NCBI GenBank assembly: GCA_036001885.1
Contig: DASYTV010000295.1
Coordinates: 3,982-67,981, forward strand
Direction of reading: 5' to 3'
From: Actinomycetes bacterium
Lineage (GTDB): Bacteria; Actinomycetota; Actinomycetes; JAKEEW01
DNA: 64,000 bases
How positions within the stretch are numbered: position 1 is the stretch's first letter; every line of letters begins with the position of its first letter. Of this stretch, positions 49,039 to 59,027 are shown one piece after another. A program made the position numbers and the translations under genes. The notes under the pieces were generated by a model. The model searched no databases and was not told the origin of the DNA. It saw only the letters and a list, made by a program, of their open reading frames with translations.

Positions 49039-50196
49039 TCAGATGCCCTTGTCGGCGGGGATCGGCGAGACGTCGAAGAGCTCCTCGAAGGTGCCGCGCA
49101 GGACCCGGTGCTTGGTCTGCGGATCGACGTTCGCGAACAGCCCGTGCAGCGTCTCCTGGGTATGCCCGTAGGTGCCCTCCAAATGCGGGTAGTCGTCGCC
49201 CCACATCACATTGCGGTACCCGGTCCCCTCGATGACCTCGACGGCGCTACGGTCGTGCTGGAACGACGCGTAGACTTGGCTGCGGATGATCTCGCTCGGA
49301 AGCCGGGACAGCTTGGGTCGCACGAACATGCCGTGCTGTCGGTACGCCTCGTCCATCCGGTCGGCGATCGCCGGCACCCATGCGGCGCCACCCTCGGCGA
49401 TCATCACCTTCAGACCCGGATGCCGGTCCAGGGCACCACCCGCGACCATGTGCGAGACCACACGCATCCCTGGGTACGTGGTCTCCAGGTAGTTGACGAC
49501 CGCTCCGCCGGGCCCCCGGTACACGACGTTCTCGCCGCCGGTGCCGATGTGGAAGGCGAGGACCGTGTGGTGCGCCTCGGCCGCGGCCCATAGTGGCTCC
49601 CACATGTCGAGGCCCCACTCCTCCCCGACGCGGGTCCCGCAGGGCAGGAAGATCGCCTGGAATCCCCTCTCGGTCACCCGCTCGAGCTCAGTGACCGCGT
49701 CCTCGACACTGGCGGTCGAGACGATCGCGGGCGTGAAGATGCGCTCCTGCCGAGACAAGACCTCCTCGTACGCCCAGTCGTTCCAAGCCCCGGCAACCTC
49801 TCTCGCCAGCTCGCGATCGGTGATGTTCACCGACCAGAAGCCCATCGACGGGAACGCAAGCTGGGACCAGACGCCTTCCTGGTCGAGGTCCTTCAGGCGA
49901 GTCTCGAGGTGTGTGGCCCCCGGCGGTCGCATCGCGTCCATGAAGTCGTTGAGCTGGCGGTCGATCTGCTGGCCGTCAATGTAGAGGATCTCGTACTTGT
50001 CGCCTCGCTCCGAGCGCGGCGCCCGGTCGGCCAGTCGCTTCGGGAGGCGTGCGGTCCAGAGGTCGGCCGGCTCGAGGACGTGTGAGTCTGCTGAGTGCGC
50101 CCAGATCTTGTGTTTCCCGGGCGCCAGGCCGGGCGCGGGAGTGGCCAGTTCGGTCTCGGTCATGTTGCTCTCCAGTGCACGCGAGTTGAGGCGCAT
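49039..50196 (-). CDS. Amidohydrolase_2 family protein
   Basis: ..SADSHVLEP.., ..AFHIGTGG.., ..MWGDDYPHLEG... An alternative start at 50163 also has an RBS. Confidence 0.75.
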   Translation of the reverse strand: MRLNSRALESNMTETELATPAPGLAPGKHKIWAHSADSHVLEPADLWTARLPKRLADRAPRSERGDKYEILYIDGQQIDRQLNDFMDAMRPPGATHLETRLKDLDQEGVWSQLAFPSMGFWSVNITDRELAREVAGAWNDWAYEEVLSRQERIFTPAIVSTASVEDAVTELERVTERGFQAIFLPCGTRVGEEWGLDMWEPLWAAAEAHHTVLAFHIGTGGENVVYRGPGGAVVNYLETTYPGMRVVSHMVAGGALDRHPGLKVMIAEGGAAWVPAIADRMDEAYRQHGMFVRPKLSRLPSEIIRSQVYASFQHDRSAVEVIEGTGYRNVMWGDDYPHLEGTYGHTQETLHGLFANVDPQTKHRVLRGTFEELFDVSPIPADKGI

Positions 50197-50227
50197 ACCT
50201 CTCGGATTCCACCTGGACACGAGCCAC

Positions 50228-50250
50228 TTTACATTGTAAAAATAATTTGG
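50228..50250. promoter_or_regulatory. AT-rich near-palindrome TTTACATTGTAAAAATAATTTGG in a divergent intergenic region
   Basis: TTACA-T-TGTAA dyad, read directly. Confidence 0.35.
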
Positions 50251-50292
50251 GAAGCCCTCCGCAGCCAAGAATCCGCCCGACCTGGAGGCACA

Positions 50293-51549
50293 GTGGCAAC
50301 GACAGCACGATGGACCGCCGACGAGCTGACGGCCTTCCAGGCCGGCCTTACGCCGCAGAGCCTCTCTGCGATCATGCGCTCGACCTGGACCTGGGACGAT
50401 CGGGCGCTCCGCCGCGACCTGTCCCGCCTGCTGACGGGGCTGACAGCGGTCCGCGAGCTGGATACCGGGGGCGACCTCCGCCGCCTGGTGCGCGGGCGGA
50501 CACTGCAGGCCGCGGCGGTCTTCCTGGCAGAGGTCCTGGGTCCGCGGGCGATCGCTGACGCCGGCCAGTTGACGAGCTTCTCCCAAGCGTTGGTCCGTTC
50601 GCCCGGACTGGCGGGCGGACCGGAAGACGGCGTCCTTGTCCGCGCCCTGGGAGCCGAGACCGTCGAGACCACGACCGGGTCCACTACCTTCGACCTGGCA
50701 TCGTCGCCGGAGTTCGCCTCTCGCTTGGCCGCGCACGCGCTGTCGGCGTCCCGCGACCACGTGACGGGAGCCCAATACCACGCGAAGATCGAGGCCGGTG
50801 CGCTGTCTGCGACGCTGGCGGCCGCGGAAGCGTCAGGGTCCTGGGATCCCGCACTCGTCCGCACCCGGGCGAGCCTCCACGAATCGCGGTGGCTCCTCGA
50901 CGGCGAGAAGCTCTTCGTGCCCCATGCCAACAACGCGGACATGCTGTTCGTCATCGCGCGCAGCACCGCGGGACCCTCCCTCTTCGCCGTCGAGAGGGCA
51001 GCGCCGGGCGTGACGGTCTTCCCGATGGCGGTCATCGACGCGACCCGCCCATTGGCTCGGGTGAAGCTCCACCAGGTGCCCGCCACCCTGATCGGTGTCG
51101 AGGGTGCGGGCGGCAGGCTGATGGGACGGGTCCTGGATCTGGCGACGGTCTCGCTCGCCGAGGAGCAGGTGACGGGTGCTCGCAGGTGCCTGGAGCTCAT
51201 TGTCGCGGCGACGGCCGCCCTACCCGACACCCGGACGACGGATCTGGTCGGCGAGCTGAGACTGCGGCTCGAGGTTGCCCAGGTGATGTGGGAGCACGCC
51301 CGACGAGTCGCCACAACCGAGACCGACGACGCGGGTGTCGCGGCCGCCATGGCCCACATCTGCTGCTCCGAGGCCTTTACGCAGATAGCACGGGCGACGG
51401 TCCAGTCGGTCGACGGCGAGCCTGCGGGGGCTGACACAACACGAGCGTCCGAAGCCGAACGCCTCTTCCGTCGCGCCCAGTCCTCCCAGCTTCTGTTCGG
51501 CGGCCCAGCGGTGTATGACGAACGACTCCTCGAGCGGATGGGGATCTGA
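50293..51549 (+). CDS. Acyl-CoA dehydrogenase-like protein (divergent; recognisable mainly in the middle and C-terminal domains)
   Basis: ..SRWLLDGEKLFVPHANNADMLFVIARS.. and a helical C-domain. GTG start after a ggagg RBS. Confidence 0.65.
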   Translation: MATTARWTADELTAFQAGLTPQSLSAIMRSTWTWDDRALRRDLSRLLTGLTAVRELDTGGDLRRLVRGRTLQAAAVFLAEVLGPRAIADAGQLTSFSQALVRSPGLAGGPEDGVLVRALGAETVETTTGSTTFDLASSPEFASRLAAHALSASRDHVTGAQYHAKIEAGALSATLAAAEASGSWDPALVRTRASLHESRWLLDGEKLFVPHANNADMLFVIARSTAGPSLFAVERAAPGVTVFPMAVIDATRPLARVKLHQVPATLIGVEGAGGRLMGRVLDLATVSLAEEQVTGARRCLELIVAATAALPDTRTTDLVGELRLRLEVAQVMWEHARRVATTETDDAGVAAAMAHICCSEAFTQIARATVQSVDGEPAGADTTRASEAERLFRRAQSSQLLFGGPAVYDERLLERMGI

Positions 51550-51586
51550 CCGGGACCCGGTGGTCGACGAGCCGGTCATCCTCATC

Positions 51587-52276
51587 TCACCTCGGGAAGA
51601 CGTGGAAGTGCCCTCCGGTCTTCTTCACCACACCGACGACCCCCGTGTCCACGGCGTCGAACCTCGTCGCGCGAGGTCGCTTGTTCGTGACACGAACCCG
51701 GCCGCCATCCTCAACCACTGCCCACTCGTCCCCGTTGACGCGCGCACCTTGTTCGCCGGGCATCCCGAGCCCGAGCGCCGGTCCGAGCGGCAGGTACGTC
51801 GCGGCCTGGATCTGCTGGGCGTCCAGTAGGGGCAGGGCGTCCGCCCGCGCCCACACGACGCGGACCTGCGAGAGCAGCGTGGACAGCGTTCCCTTCGGGT
51901 CCGCAAGCGCCTCGACGGTTTCCTTGCCCAGGCCGACCACGGCCTTGATCGGCAGGCGCTTCAGGTACGTCGCGAACCGGCGGGAGTCCCAGCCGTAGGT
52001 CTCTGCCGTGACGTAGGGCGCTCCGATGCGCCGGACCGCACGGACGATGGGTGTGATCCACGGATTCTCGTGGTTGGCGGCGCTGAAGAGGACCGGATCA
52101 CCTCGGGTGATGCCGGCCTCGACCACCATCGACTTCGCCCATTCGGTGTCGCGGGCGAACTCGTCCCACCCGATCTCGAAGTCGGTGCTGCCCGAACCGG
52201 TGGAGTAGGTCCCGATCCCGTAAATCGGAGCTCGGGGCAAGGCTTGTGCGGCTTGGGCCATGGACGCACGACTCAT
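51587..52276 (-). CDS. Hypothetical protein, translationally coupled (4-nt overlap) downstream of the PaaK-like ligase
   Basis: 229-aa ORF with coding-like composition. No family recognised by eye. Confidence 0.45.
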   Translation of the reverse strand: MSRASMAQAAQALPRAPIYGIGTYSTGSGSTDFEIGWDEFARDTEWAKSMVVEAGITRGDPVLFSAANHENPWITPIVRAVRRIGAPYVTAETYGWDSRRFATYLKRLPIKAVVGLGKETVEALADPKGTLSTLLSQVRVVWARADALPLLDAQQIQAATYLPLGPALGLGMPGEQGARVNGDEWAVVEDGGRVRVTNKRPRATRFDAVDTGVVGVVKKTGGHFHVFPR

Positions 52277-53640
52277 GTCGTCACCACCCTGGGGAACTTC
52301 GCGACGCTCGAGGTCCGGTTGAGGAGGTCGTCGACGGGGACGAGCTGTGGGTCACACAGAACGCCGAGCCGATCCCGCAGGTGCCTGCGGAGCCGCGACT
52401 CGAGCTCGCCGAGGTCCGTCGTGCGCTCCGGCGCGTATCCCACGCGCAGCCGCAGTGTGTCCATCTGGGTACTGTGGCGAATGATCTGAAACATACCGTC
52501 GCTGAGCTCCGGAAGCTCCTCAACCGATGCCCAGACCTCACCGAGCACGACCGGACGCCCGGCGACGATGGTCTCGTCGCCCTTGCGCCCGACCAGCCAC
52601 TGCCGGGCATGCGTGCGGCCACTGGCGGCGGGCTTTCTGGTGAGCCGGACGAGGTCACCGGAGCGGTAGCGAATCAGGGGCGCGGCGAGGTTGTCGATGT
52701 CGGTGGCGACAAGCTCGCCCACCTCCCCATCCGGGACCGGGCTGTCGCCGGCGGGATCGAGGGTCTCCGGGTAAACCGTGTCCTCCCACAGCGTGTAGCC
52801 ATCGTGCTCCCGGTGCTCCCATGCCGTGCCGGTGTCACCCGCGCTGGTGTACTTGAAGACCTCGAGGCCCCACTCTTCGCGCACCTTCTTGGCGAGGACG
52901 GCGCCCATGGGTTGACCGGCGAACGCGACGCCCTTCATCGAGGAGAAGATGCTACGAAGGTCGTACGCGTCCTCTAGACGCTCGAACTCGAGGATGGCCG
53001 GCAGGTGCAGCTGCATGTAGACCGGGCGGTATTTCTCGATCGCCTTGAGGACGGACTCACCCTGGCCGATCCAGGCGTCCACGAAGACCGGAATCGCTCC
53101 CATCAGAGCGAAGAACTCGTCCCAGAAGTTGCGGAATGACCCCGCGGGGATGAGTACTCGATCGCCCGGGCGCAGCCCGAGCTCCCAGAGGTCGCGGGCC
53201 GTGACCATGGGCAGGGGCGGAGCGGCGTCCCACGTCTCGGCGATCAGCTCGGGTTCCCCGGTAGTGCCGGACGTCGTGGTGCATGAGGTCAGCTCCTCGA
53301 TGTCCATGCACAGCAGACCTCCGAACGGGTCGCCGGTCCTCTCGCGGAAGGCTTGCGTGTCGGCTTTCTCGAAGGTCGGGATCCTCGTCCTGAAGTCGTC
53401 GAGGCTCGTGATGTCGGAAGGCTCGACGCCGGCGTTGCTCCAGAGTTCGCGGTAGAAGGCCGACTTCGACCACGCGTACGGCACCAGTTCGAGGATGCGC
53501 GCCTCCTGCAATGCCTCGATCTCCTCGCGTGGCGCGGTCTCGATCTCGGGTTCCAGGAACCTGCGTTCCAACGAGGCGGCGCGGCCGGTCTCGCGCAGCG
53601 TCGTCCGCGCGCTGGTCGTGGGCGAGTGATCGATCGTCGT
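52273..53640 (-). CDS. PaaK-like adenylate-forming ligase (phenylacetate-CoA ligase / F390-synthetase family)
   Basis: ..CTTTSGTTGEPEL.. AMP-binding P-loop and a two-domain layout. The ORF opens at 53724 but abuts the divergent ATG (CATATG); the real start is probably the GTG near 53640. Confidence 0.75.
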   Translation of the reverse strand, partial: TTIDHSPTTSARTTLRETGRAASLERRFLEPEIETAPREEIEALQEARILELVPYAWSKSAFYRELWSNAGVEPSDITSLDDFRTRIPTFEKADTQAFRERTGDPFGGLLCMDIEELTSCTTTSGTTGEPELIAETWDAAPPLPMVTARDLWELGLRPGDRVLIPAGSFRNFWDEFFALMGAIPVFVDAWIGQGESVLKAIEKYRPVYMQLHLPAILEFERLEDAYDLRSIFSSMKGVAFAGQPMGAVLAKKVREEWGLEVFKYTSAGDTGTAWEHREHDGYTLWEDTVYPETLDPAGDSPVPDGEVGELVATDIDNLAAPLIRYRSGDLVRLTRKPAASGRTHARQWLVGRKGDETIVAGRPVVLGEVWASVEELPELSDGMFQIIRHSTQMDTLRLRVGYAPERTTDLGELESRLRRHLRDRLGVLCDPQLVPVDDLLNRTSSVAKFPRVVTT

Positions 53641-53725
53641 CACTGGATTCTCCACGATCTCGGGCGTCCGGTTGATCTGGCCCGCTAGGCAGGGTGATGT
53701 GAGGGAAGTTACCGCAACAGCCATA

Positions 53726-53737
53726 TGATTTCAATCA
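53726..53737. promoter_or_regulatory. Inverted repeat TGATT-tc-AATCA in the PaaK-like/PaaI divergent region; AATGCATT palindrome follows at about 53745
   Basis: Read directly. Confidence 0.4.
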
Positions 53738-53763
53738 TCTACCTAATGCATTACTATCGTCGC

Positions 53764-54336
53764 ATGCAGCGGCCATCAGAGCTCCGCGCGGACGGGCGGT
53801 TCGTGGTGAACGAGTCCCGACAGCGTTTCGTAGGCAGCGCGCCTGCGCCCGACGAGCGCCTCACCGAAGTCGGGCGCCGGCCGGTTGCCTTGTGTGGCGC
53901 GTGCCGTCGACTCGGCCACTGCCGCATGGGCGTCGACTCCGAGAGTATGGACGACGCGGGTGTCGTCAGCTATCACCTCCGGTGTGGCCGCGAGAACGAG
54001 GGCGGGCTGAACGTCGCCCACGGCGGCTGGACGGCGGGAGTTCTCGACGAGCTCGTCGGGCACGTCGCGGTCCTGAACGACCAGCTTGCCGTGACCGGAC
54101 AGCTGAACGTCACGTTTGTCCGGCCGGTCCCGGTCGAACAGCCACTCACCGCTCGGGCGTGGCGGGATGCCAAGCGGGGCAGCCGATGGTTCGTCACCGC
54201 GGTGCTGTGCCTCGAGGCCGGCGGCGCCGAGCTGGCCCGAGCCGAGGGAATCCTTGTCGAACGGGACCCGGGACACTTCGCCAGGCATCAGGAGTGGCTT
54301 GACGGCCAGCTCAGGGAGAGTGGGCATGGCGCTTAG
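53764..54336 (+). CDS. PaaI-family hotdog thioesterase
   Basis: ..LNVAHGGWTAGVLDELVGHVA.. and ..GQLNVTFVRPVPV... Earlier in-frame ATGs at 53725 and 53746 lie inside the AT-rich operator region. Confidence 0.75.
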   Translation: MQRPSELRADGRFVVNESRQRFVGSAPAPDERLTEVGRRPVALCGACRRLGHCRMGVDSESMDDAGVVSYHLRCGRENEGGLNVAHGGWTAGVLDELVGHVAVLNDQLAVTGQLNVTFVRPVPVEQPLTARAWRDAKRGSRWFVTAVLCLEAGGAELARAEGILVERDPGHFARHQEWLDGQLRESGHGA

Positions 54337-55480
54337 TGATGTCGCGGTCGTTGGCGTGTACGCGACCGAACAGGCCCGCCAGCTACCCCATCGGACGTCC
54401 CTCGATCTCGCTCAAGAGGCCGTCCTGGGTGCGATTGCGGACGCCGGCCTTCGGCCGCAGGACGTGGACGGGGTCGCGGCAGACTGGCCGGGCCCGGGTG
54501 GGGCCGTCGGGGAGGCCGCGTCGTGGGCCCGCGTGCTCGGTCGACCGCTCAGCTGGGTCAGCGACGGCCTGCTGGATGCCGCCGGCGCGCGAGGTGTGCT
54601 GAAGGCGGCGGCAGCCATCAGCGCCGGTCTCTGTGACGTGGTGGTCGTGGGGGGCGGCCTGGCCGGACGGTTTCGTCGCGGCCAGACAGTCAACGCCGCG
54701 GAGAGCTTCGTCGAGTTCACCGACGTCTGGGGCGCGTACGTCGTGCCGCTGTTCGCACTCGTCGCGCAAGGGCACATGCATCGGTTCGGCACCACGCCCG
54801 AGCAGATCGCGACGGTCTCGGCGATGATCCGGAACTGTGGTTCGAACAACCCGGAAGCGGCGATGTTCGGCAAAGGCCCATACACCGTCGAGGACATCCT
54901 TTCCTCACCGATGCTGGCCACCCCCTTTCACCTCTTGGACGTGTGCATCGCCGGCGAGGGCGGGGGCGCCCTGGTCCTCACCACGGTCGACCGCGCCCGC
55001 GATCTGCCGCATCGGACGATCGCGGTCCTGGGCGGCGGCATGGAGTTGTCTGGCGCCGCCTATGTCTCGCCGCCGCAGTACTGCAACGTCGGGCGGCTTG
55101 GCGCGACTGCCGCAACGCGTGCCCTGAGCATGGCCGGTCTCGCCGTGCACGAGATCGACGTGTTCAGCCTTTACGACCCGAACTCCTTCGAGATCATTCG
55201 TCAGATGGAGGTCTTGGGCCTCTGCGCGGAAGGCGAAGGCGGGCCTTTCGTCCAGGATGGGAACATCGCGCTGGACGGCCGGTACCCGACCAACCCGGAC
55301 GGGGGATGTCTCGCCTATGCCTGGAACGGCACCCAGCAGATGACCTTGAAACTGGTGGAAGCGGTGCGCCAACTCCGCGGGACCGCGGTGAACCAGGTCG
55401 AGGGCGCGGAGACGGCGATCGCGGCAAATGCTGGTTCCGGGGCCGGCCACTACGAGCTCGTCGTCCTCGGGAGGGCATGA
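54326..55480 (+). CDS. Thiolase-like protein, SCP-x/lipid-transfer-protein type (second copy)
   Basis: ..VAVVGVYATEQ.. N-terminus and ..NPDGGCLAYAWNG.. C-terminal thiolase loop. Overlaps the next gene (ATGA). Confidence 0.85.
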   Translation: MALSDVAVVGVYATEQARQLPHRTSLDLAQEAVLGAIADAGLRPQDVDGVAADWPGPGGAVGEAASWARVLGRPLSWVSDGLLDAAGARGVLKAAAAISAGLCDVVVVGGGLAGRFRRGQTVNAAESFVEFTDVWGAYVVPLFALVAQGHMHRFGTTPEQIATVSAMIRNCGSNNPEAAMFGKGPYTVEDILSSPMLATPFHLLDVCIAGEGGGALVLTTVDRARDLPHRTIAVLGGGMELSGAAYVSPPQYCNVGRLGATAATRALSMAGLAVHEIDVFSLYDPNSFEIIRQMEVLGLCAEGEGGPFVQDGNIALDGRYPTNPDGGCLAYAWNGTQQMTLKLVEAVRQLRGTAVNQVEGAETAIAANAGSGAGHYELVVLGRA

Positions 55481-55899
55481 CCATGAACCGATACCTGCCC
55501 GAGCCTACTGAGCTGTCTCGTGGCTTCTGGGACTCCGCCGTTCAGCACCGGCTCGTGGTGCCGCGTTGCGAGAAATGCGGCGATCATTTCTTTCCACCCG
55601 AACGGCTATGCCCCGCGTGCGGCTCGGACGGCTGGGACTACGTCGCAGCTACGGGTTCCGGGACCGTCACCGCCTGTACCGTCGTGTACCGCGCGCCGTC
55701 CCCAAACTTCGAGGTGCCGTATGTCGTCGCCGTCGTTGAGCTGGACGAGGGGTGCGCCCTGCTGACCAATCTCGTCTTGCCGGACCCGGAGTCGGCGTCC
55801 ACCGGGATGCGAGTCCGCGTCGTGTTTCTCGACCATCCGGACGGTCGCGCGCTGCCTGTCTTCACGTCAGGCGTGGCGAGCGTCCCGACGAACCTGTGA
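55477..55899 (+). CDS. Zn-ribbon/OB-fold protein (DUF35 family), second copy
   Basis: CxxC..CxxC zinc ribbon (..PRCEKCGDHFFPPERLCPACGSDGW..) followed by an OB-fold. Confidence 0.85.
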   Translation: MTMNRYLPEPTELSRGFWDSAVQHRLVVPRCEKCGDHFFPPERLCPACGSDGWDYVAATGSGTVTACTVVYRAPSPNFEVPYVVAVVELDEGCALLTNLVLPDPESASTGMRVRVVFLDHPDGRALPVFTSGVASVPTNL

Positions 55900-55909
55900 A
55901 GGGGTAGCC

Positions 55910-57439
55910 GTGACCGCGACCACGTTGGGTGACATCTCGCGCGAGCACCGACGCAGCTTCCCGGACCGCGTCGCCGTCATCGACGGCAAGGTGCGACTGA
56001 CCTGGCCCGACTTCGACGACCGCACGAACCGGGTCGCCAACCTGCTCATCGGACTGGGAGTGGGGGCGGGTGATCGTGTGCTGTGGCTGGCGCAGTCGTC
56101 GTCGTCCTTCCTCGAGGTCCTGGTCGCGTGCGCCAAGATCGGCGCGATGGTGTGCCCGGTCAACTGGCGGCAGTCGGGGGATGAGCTGAGCTTCGTTATC
56201 AGCGACTTCGCTCCCAAGGTGATCGTGTGGCAGCAGGAGGAGATTGGGACAGCGGTGGCGCATGCCCGCGGCGCCGCTTCGAACAACGCGGTCTGGTTGC
56301 AGTGCGACGGCGAAGGTGCGGGAAGTTACGAGCACGCCGTCCTGTCCGCCGATGACCGCGATGTCGATGTGGAGGTTTCGGCCGAGGCGCCCCTCCTCGT
56401 CATCTACACGGCCGCCATCATCGATCGTCCCAACGGTTCGATGCTGACCCATCGCAACCTGCTGTCCATGGGGATGGCGTCGGCCAGGATCACCGGGGCT
56501 GACCATGCCAGCGTCTTCCTCAACTCGGGCCCGCTCTTTCACATCGGGAACTTCCAGTTCGAGGCCATCCCCGTCTTCCTGCATGGCGGCACGAACATCT
56601 TCATCCGCCGGGTTGACGCGGCCGAGGTCCTCCAGATCGTCGCCGACGAGCGCGCGACGTCAGCCTTCCTGATGCCTCCGACGATCATGGCGATCAAGGA
56701 GCTGAACCGCGAAGCACAGCGGAACATCTCGAGCCTGCGGTCGGGCCCGTTCGCTCCGGTGTGGGGCGACGCGCTACCTCCGGACACGACGCTCTGGGGC
56801 ACCGAGCCGGGCGGGTTCGGTCAGACCGAGGTCACCGGGCTCGCCGTCCTGAACGCGTACGGCGGCAGAGGGATGGGGAACTCCGGGCGCCCCTCGCCGT
56901 TGGTCCAGGTGCGTGTCGTCGATGCCGACGGACGCGAGTGTGCGGTCGGCGTGCCCGGCGAGATCGCCATCCGTGGAGACCTGGTTCATGCCGGCTACTG
57001 GAACCGCCCGGAGCTCAACGCCGCCCGCATGCGCAACGGATGGTGGCACACCACGGATCTCGGACGCCGGGAACTCGACGGCACGATCCAATTCATCGGC
57101 ACGATGACCCGGATGATCAAGTCCGCGGCCGAGAACATCTACCCGCCCGAGGTCGAGGGGTGCATTGAGAGCCACCCGGCCGTGAAGGAGGCGGCGCTGA
57201 TCGGCGTTCCCGATCCGAAGTTCAGGCAGTCGGTCAAGGCGGTGGTCGCGCTCCTCCCGGGGGCCACGGCGAGCGAGGCCGAGATCATCGAGCACTGCAA
57301 GAACCGCATCGCGTCGTACAAGAAACCGCGGACGGTGGAGTTCGTCGACGTGCTTCCGCGTAGGGATGGCGTCAAGGACTACGACGCTCTCGACCGGGCG
57401 TTCGGTGGCGGGGGGTACCCCGGTGGCGAGAATGTCTGA
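55910..57439 (+). CDS. AMP-dependent acyl-CoA synthetase/ligase (FadD-like)
   Basis: ..VIYTAAIIDRPNGSMLTHRN.. (degenerate A3 region), ..GEIAIRGDLVHAGYW.., ..WHTTDLGR... GTG start. Confidence 0.85.
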   Translation: MTATTLGDISREHRRSFPDRVAVIDGKVRLTWPDFDDRTNRVANLLIGLGVGAGDRVLWLAQSSSSFLEVLVACAKIGAMVCPVNWRQSGDELSFVISDFAPKVIVWQQEEIGTAVAHARGAASNNAVWLQCDGEGAGSYEHAVLSADDRDVDVEVSAEAPLLVIYTAAIIDRPNGSMLTHRNLLSMGMASARITGADHASVFLNSGPLFHIGNFQFEAIPVFLHGGTNIFIRRVDAAEVLQIVADERATSAFLMPPTIMAIKELNREAQRNISSLRSGPFAPVWGDALPPDTTLWGTEPGGFGQTEVTGLAVLNAYGGRGMGNSGRPSPLVQVRVVDADGRECAVGVPGEIAIRGDLVHAGYWNRPELNAARMRNGWWHTTDLGRRELDGTIQFIGTMTRMIKSAAENIYPPEVEGCIESHPAVKEAALIGVPDPKFRQSVKAVVALLPGATASEAEIIEHCKNRIASYKKPRTVEFVDVLPRRDGVKDYDALDRAFGGGGYPGGENV

Positions 57440-58193
57440 CGAGCTGTTGCTGGAGCGCCGAGGCCGCACCCTGGTGATCACCATCAATCGACCCGGTTCG
57501 CGCAACGCGATCAACCGTGCGGTGAGCATCGGGCTCGCCGAAGCGGTGCTGCTGCTGGACGAGGATCCTGCGTTGTCGGTGGCCGTCGTCACCGGTGCGG
57601 GAGGGCATTTCTGTGCGGGCATGGACCTCAAGGCGTTCGTGGCCGGAGAGGACATCGCGGTGCCGGGGCACGGCCTGGGGTTCACCGAGCGACCTCCGCT
57701 CAAACCCATCATCGCGGCGGTGGAGGGCTTCGCGTTGGCCGGTGGAACCGAGCTCGCGTTGGCCACGGACCTGATCGTCGCCGCACGCGACGCCCGGTTC
57801 GGGATCCCTGAGGTCAAGCGGGGTCTGGTTGCGGGCGGCGGCGGGCTGTTCAGGCTCCCTCAGCGGATTCCGTACCAGAAGGCGATGGAGCTGGCGCTCA
57901 CCGGCGACAGCGTCACGGCTGAGCAGGCACTCGCCTACGGCCTGGTGAACACGGTGACCGAGCCCGGCAGGGCGTTGGCGGGAGCACTTGAGCTGGCCGC
58001 GCGAATCGCGCAGAACGGCCCGTTGGCAGTTGCTGCGACGAAGCAGATCGTGGCGGCCGCACGGGACTGGCGCCAGGACGAGGCGTTCGCTCGGCAGAGC
58101 GCGATCATCGGACCGGTGTTCGCCTCCGCGGATGCCAGAGAGGGTGCTCTCGCCTTCGCCGAGAAGCGCCAGCCGGTCTGGCAAGGCAAGTAG
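57432..58193 (+). CDS. Enoyl-CoA hydratase/isomerase
   Basis: ..VAVVTGAGGHFCAGMDL... Confidence 0.85.
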   Translation: MSDELLLERRGRTLVITINRPGSRNAINRAVSIGLAEAVLLLDEDPALSVAVVTGAGGHFCAGMDLKAFVAGEDIAVPGHGLGFTERPPLKPIIAAVEGFALAGGTELALATDLIVAARDARFGIPEVKRGLVAGGGGLFRLPQRIPYQKAMELALTGDSVTAEQALAYGLVNTVTEPGRALAGALELAARIAQNGPLAVAATKQIVAAARDWRQDEAFARQSAIIGPVFASADAREGALAFAEKRQPVWQGK

Positions 58194-58221
58194 CAACCCT
58201 CTTCACGATACGGAGCTGGAC

Positions 58222-59004
58222 GTGTCTTCTTCATCTGAGTTCGACGGTGTCGTCACCCTTGTCACCGGAGGTGCGGGGGGACTCGGCGAGGCCGTTGTGC
58301 GCGCCCTGCACGCCGCAGGTGGGTCGGTCGTGGTCGCGGATCTAGCCGACGACCGCGCCAAGCCACTCGCCGACGAGCTCGGCGAACGGGTGATGTACGC
58401 CCGGACCGACGTGACCAGCGAGAGCAGTGTGGAAGCCGCGCTGGACGTGGCGTACGGGCTGGGGACCCTGCGCCACGTGGTGATCTCCCACGGCGGCTGG
58501 GGAGTCACCGAGAAGATCGTGAACCGAGACGGTAGCCCAGCGAGCCTGGACGGGTTCACCAGGACGCTGAACCTGTATCTGACCGGGACCTACAACGTCC
58601 TGCGCCTGGCTGCCGCGCGTATGGCGAAGAACGCCCTCAACGAGGACGGCGAGAGAGGGTCGGTAGTCGCCACGGCTTCGATCGCCGGCTACGAAGGTCA
58701 GATCGGCCAGAGTGCTTATGCCGCTGCGAAGGCGGGGGTGATCGGGCTGACCCTATCGGGCGCCCGGGATCTCAGCTCGGTCGGCATCCGGCTCAACACG
58801 ATCGCGCCCGGCACCATGCACACAGCCATGATGGAGACGGTGGGTGAGGAGGCGCTGGCGAAGTTCGCGTCGAACGTGCCCTTCCCCAAGCGCCTCGGGA
58901 AGCCACAGGAGTTCGCCGATCTCGCCTTGCACCTCCTCCGCAACGGTTACCTCAACGGAGAGGTGGTGCGGCTCGACGGGGCACAGCGCTTCGGTCCGCG
59001 CTGA
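58222..59004 (+). CDS. SDR family oxidoreductase (3-hydroxyacyl-CoA dehydrogenase type-2-like)
   Basis: VTLVTGGAGGLGEA, ..YAAAKAG... GTG start inside a longer ORF. Confidence 0.8.
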   Translation: MSSSSEFDGVVTLVTGGAGGLGEAVVRALHAAGGSVVVADLADDRAKPLADELGERVMYARTDVTSESSVEAALDVAYGLGTLRHVVISHGGWGVTEKIVNRDGSPASLDGFTRTLNLYLTGTYNVLRLAAARMAKNALNEDGERGSVVATASIAGYEGQIGQSAYAAAKAGVIGLTLSGARDLSSVGIRLNTIAPGTMHTAMMETVGEEALAKFASNVPFPKRLGKPQEFADLALHLLRNGYLNGEVVRLDGAQRFGPR

Positions 59005-59027
59005 ACAGCCAGAGTTCCGCCTCGGGC

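Noticed and set aside
53722-53727. Back-to-back start codons CAT|ATG for the divergent ligase and thioesterase ORFs
   Set aside because: Two divergent genes cannot share a zero-length promoter region. The longest-ORF starts are artefacts, and internal starts (about 53640 and 53764) were chosen instead.
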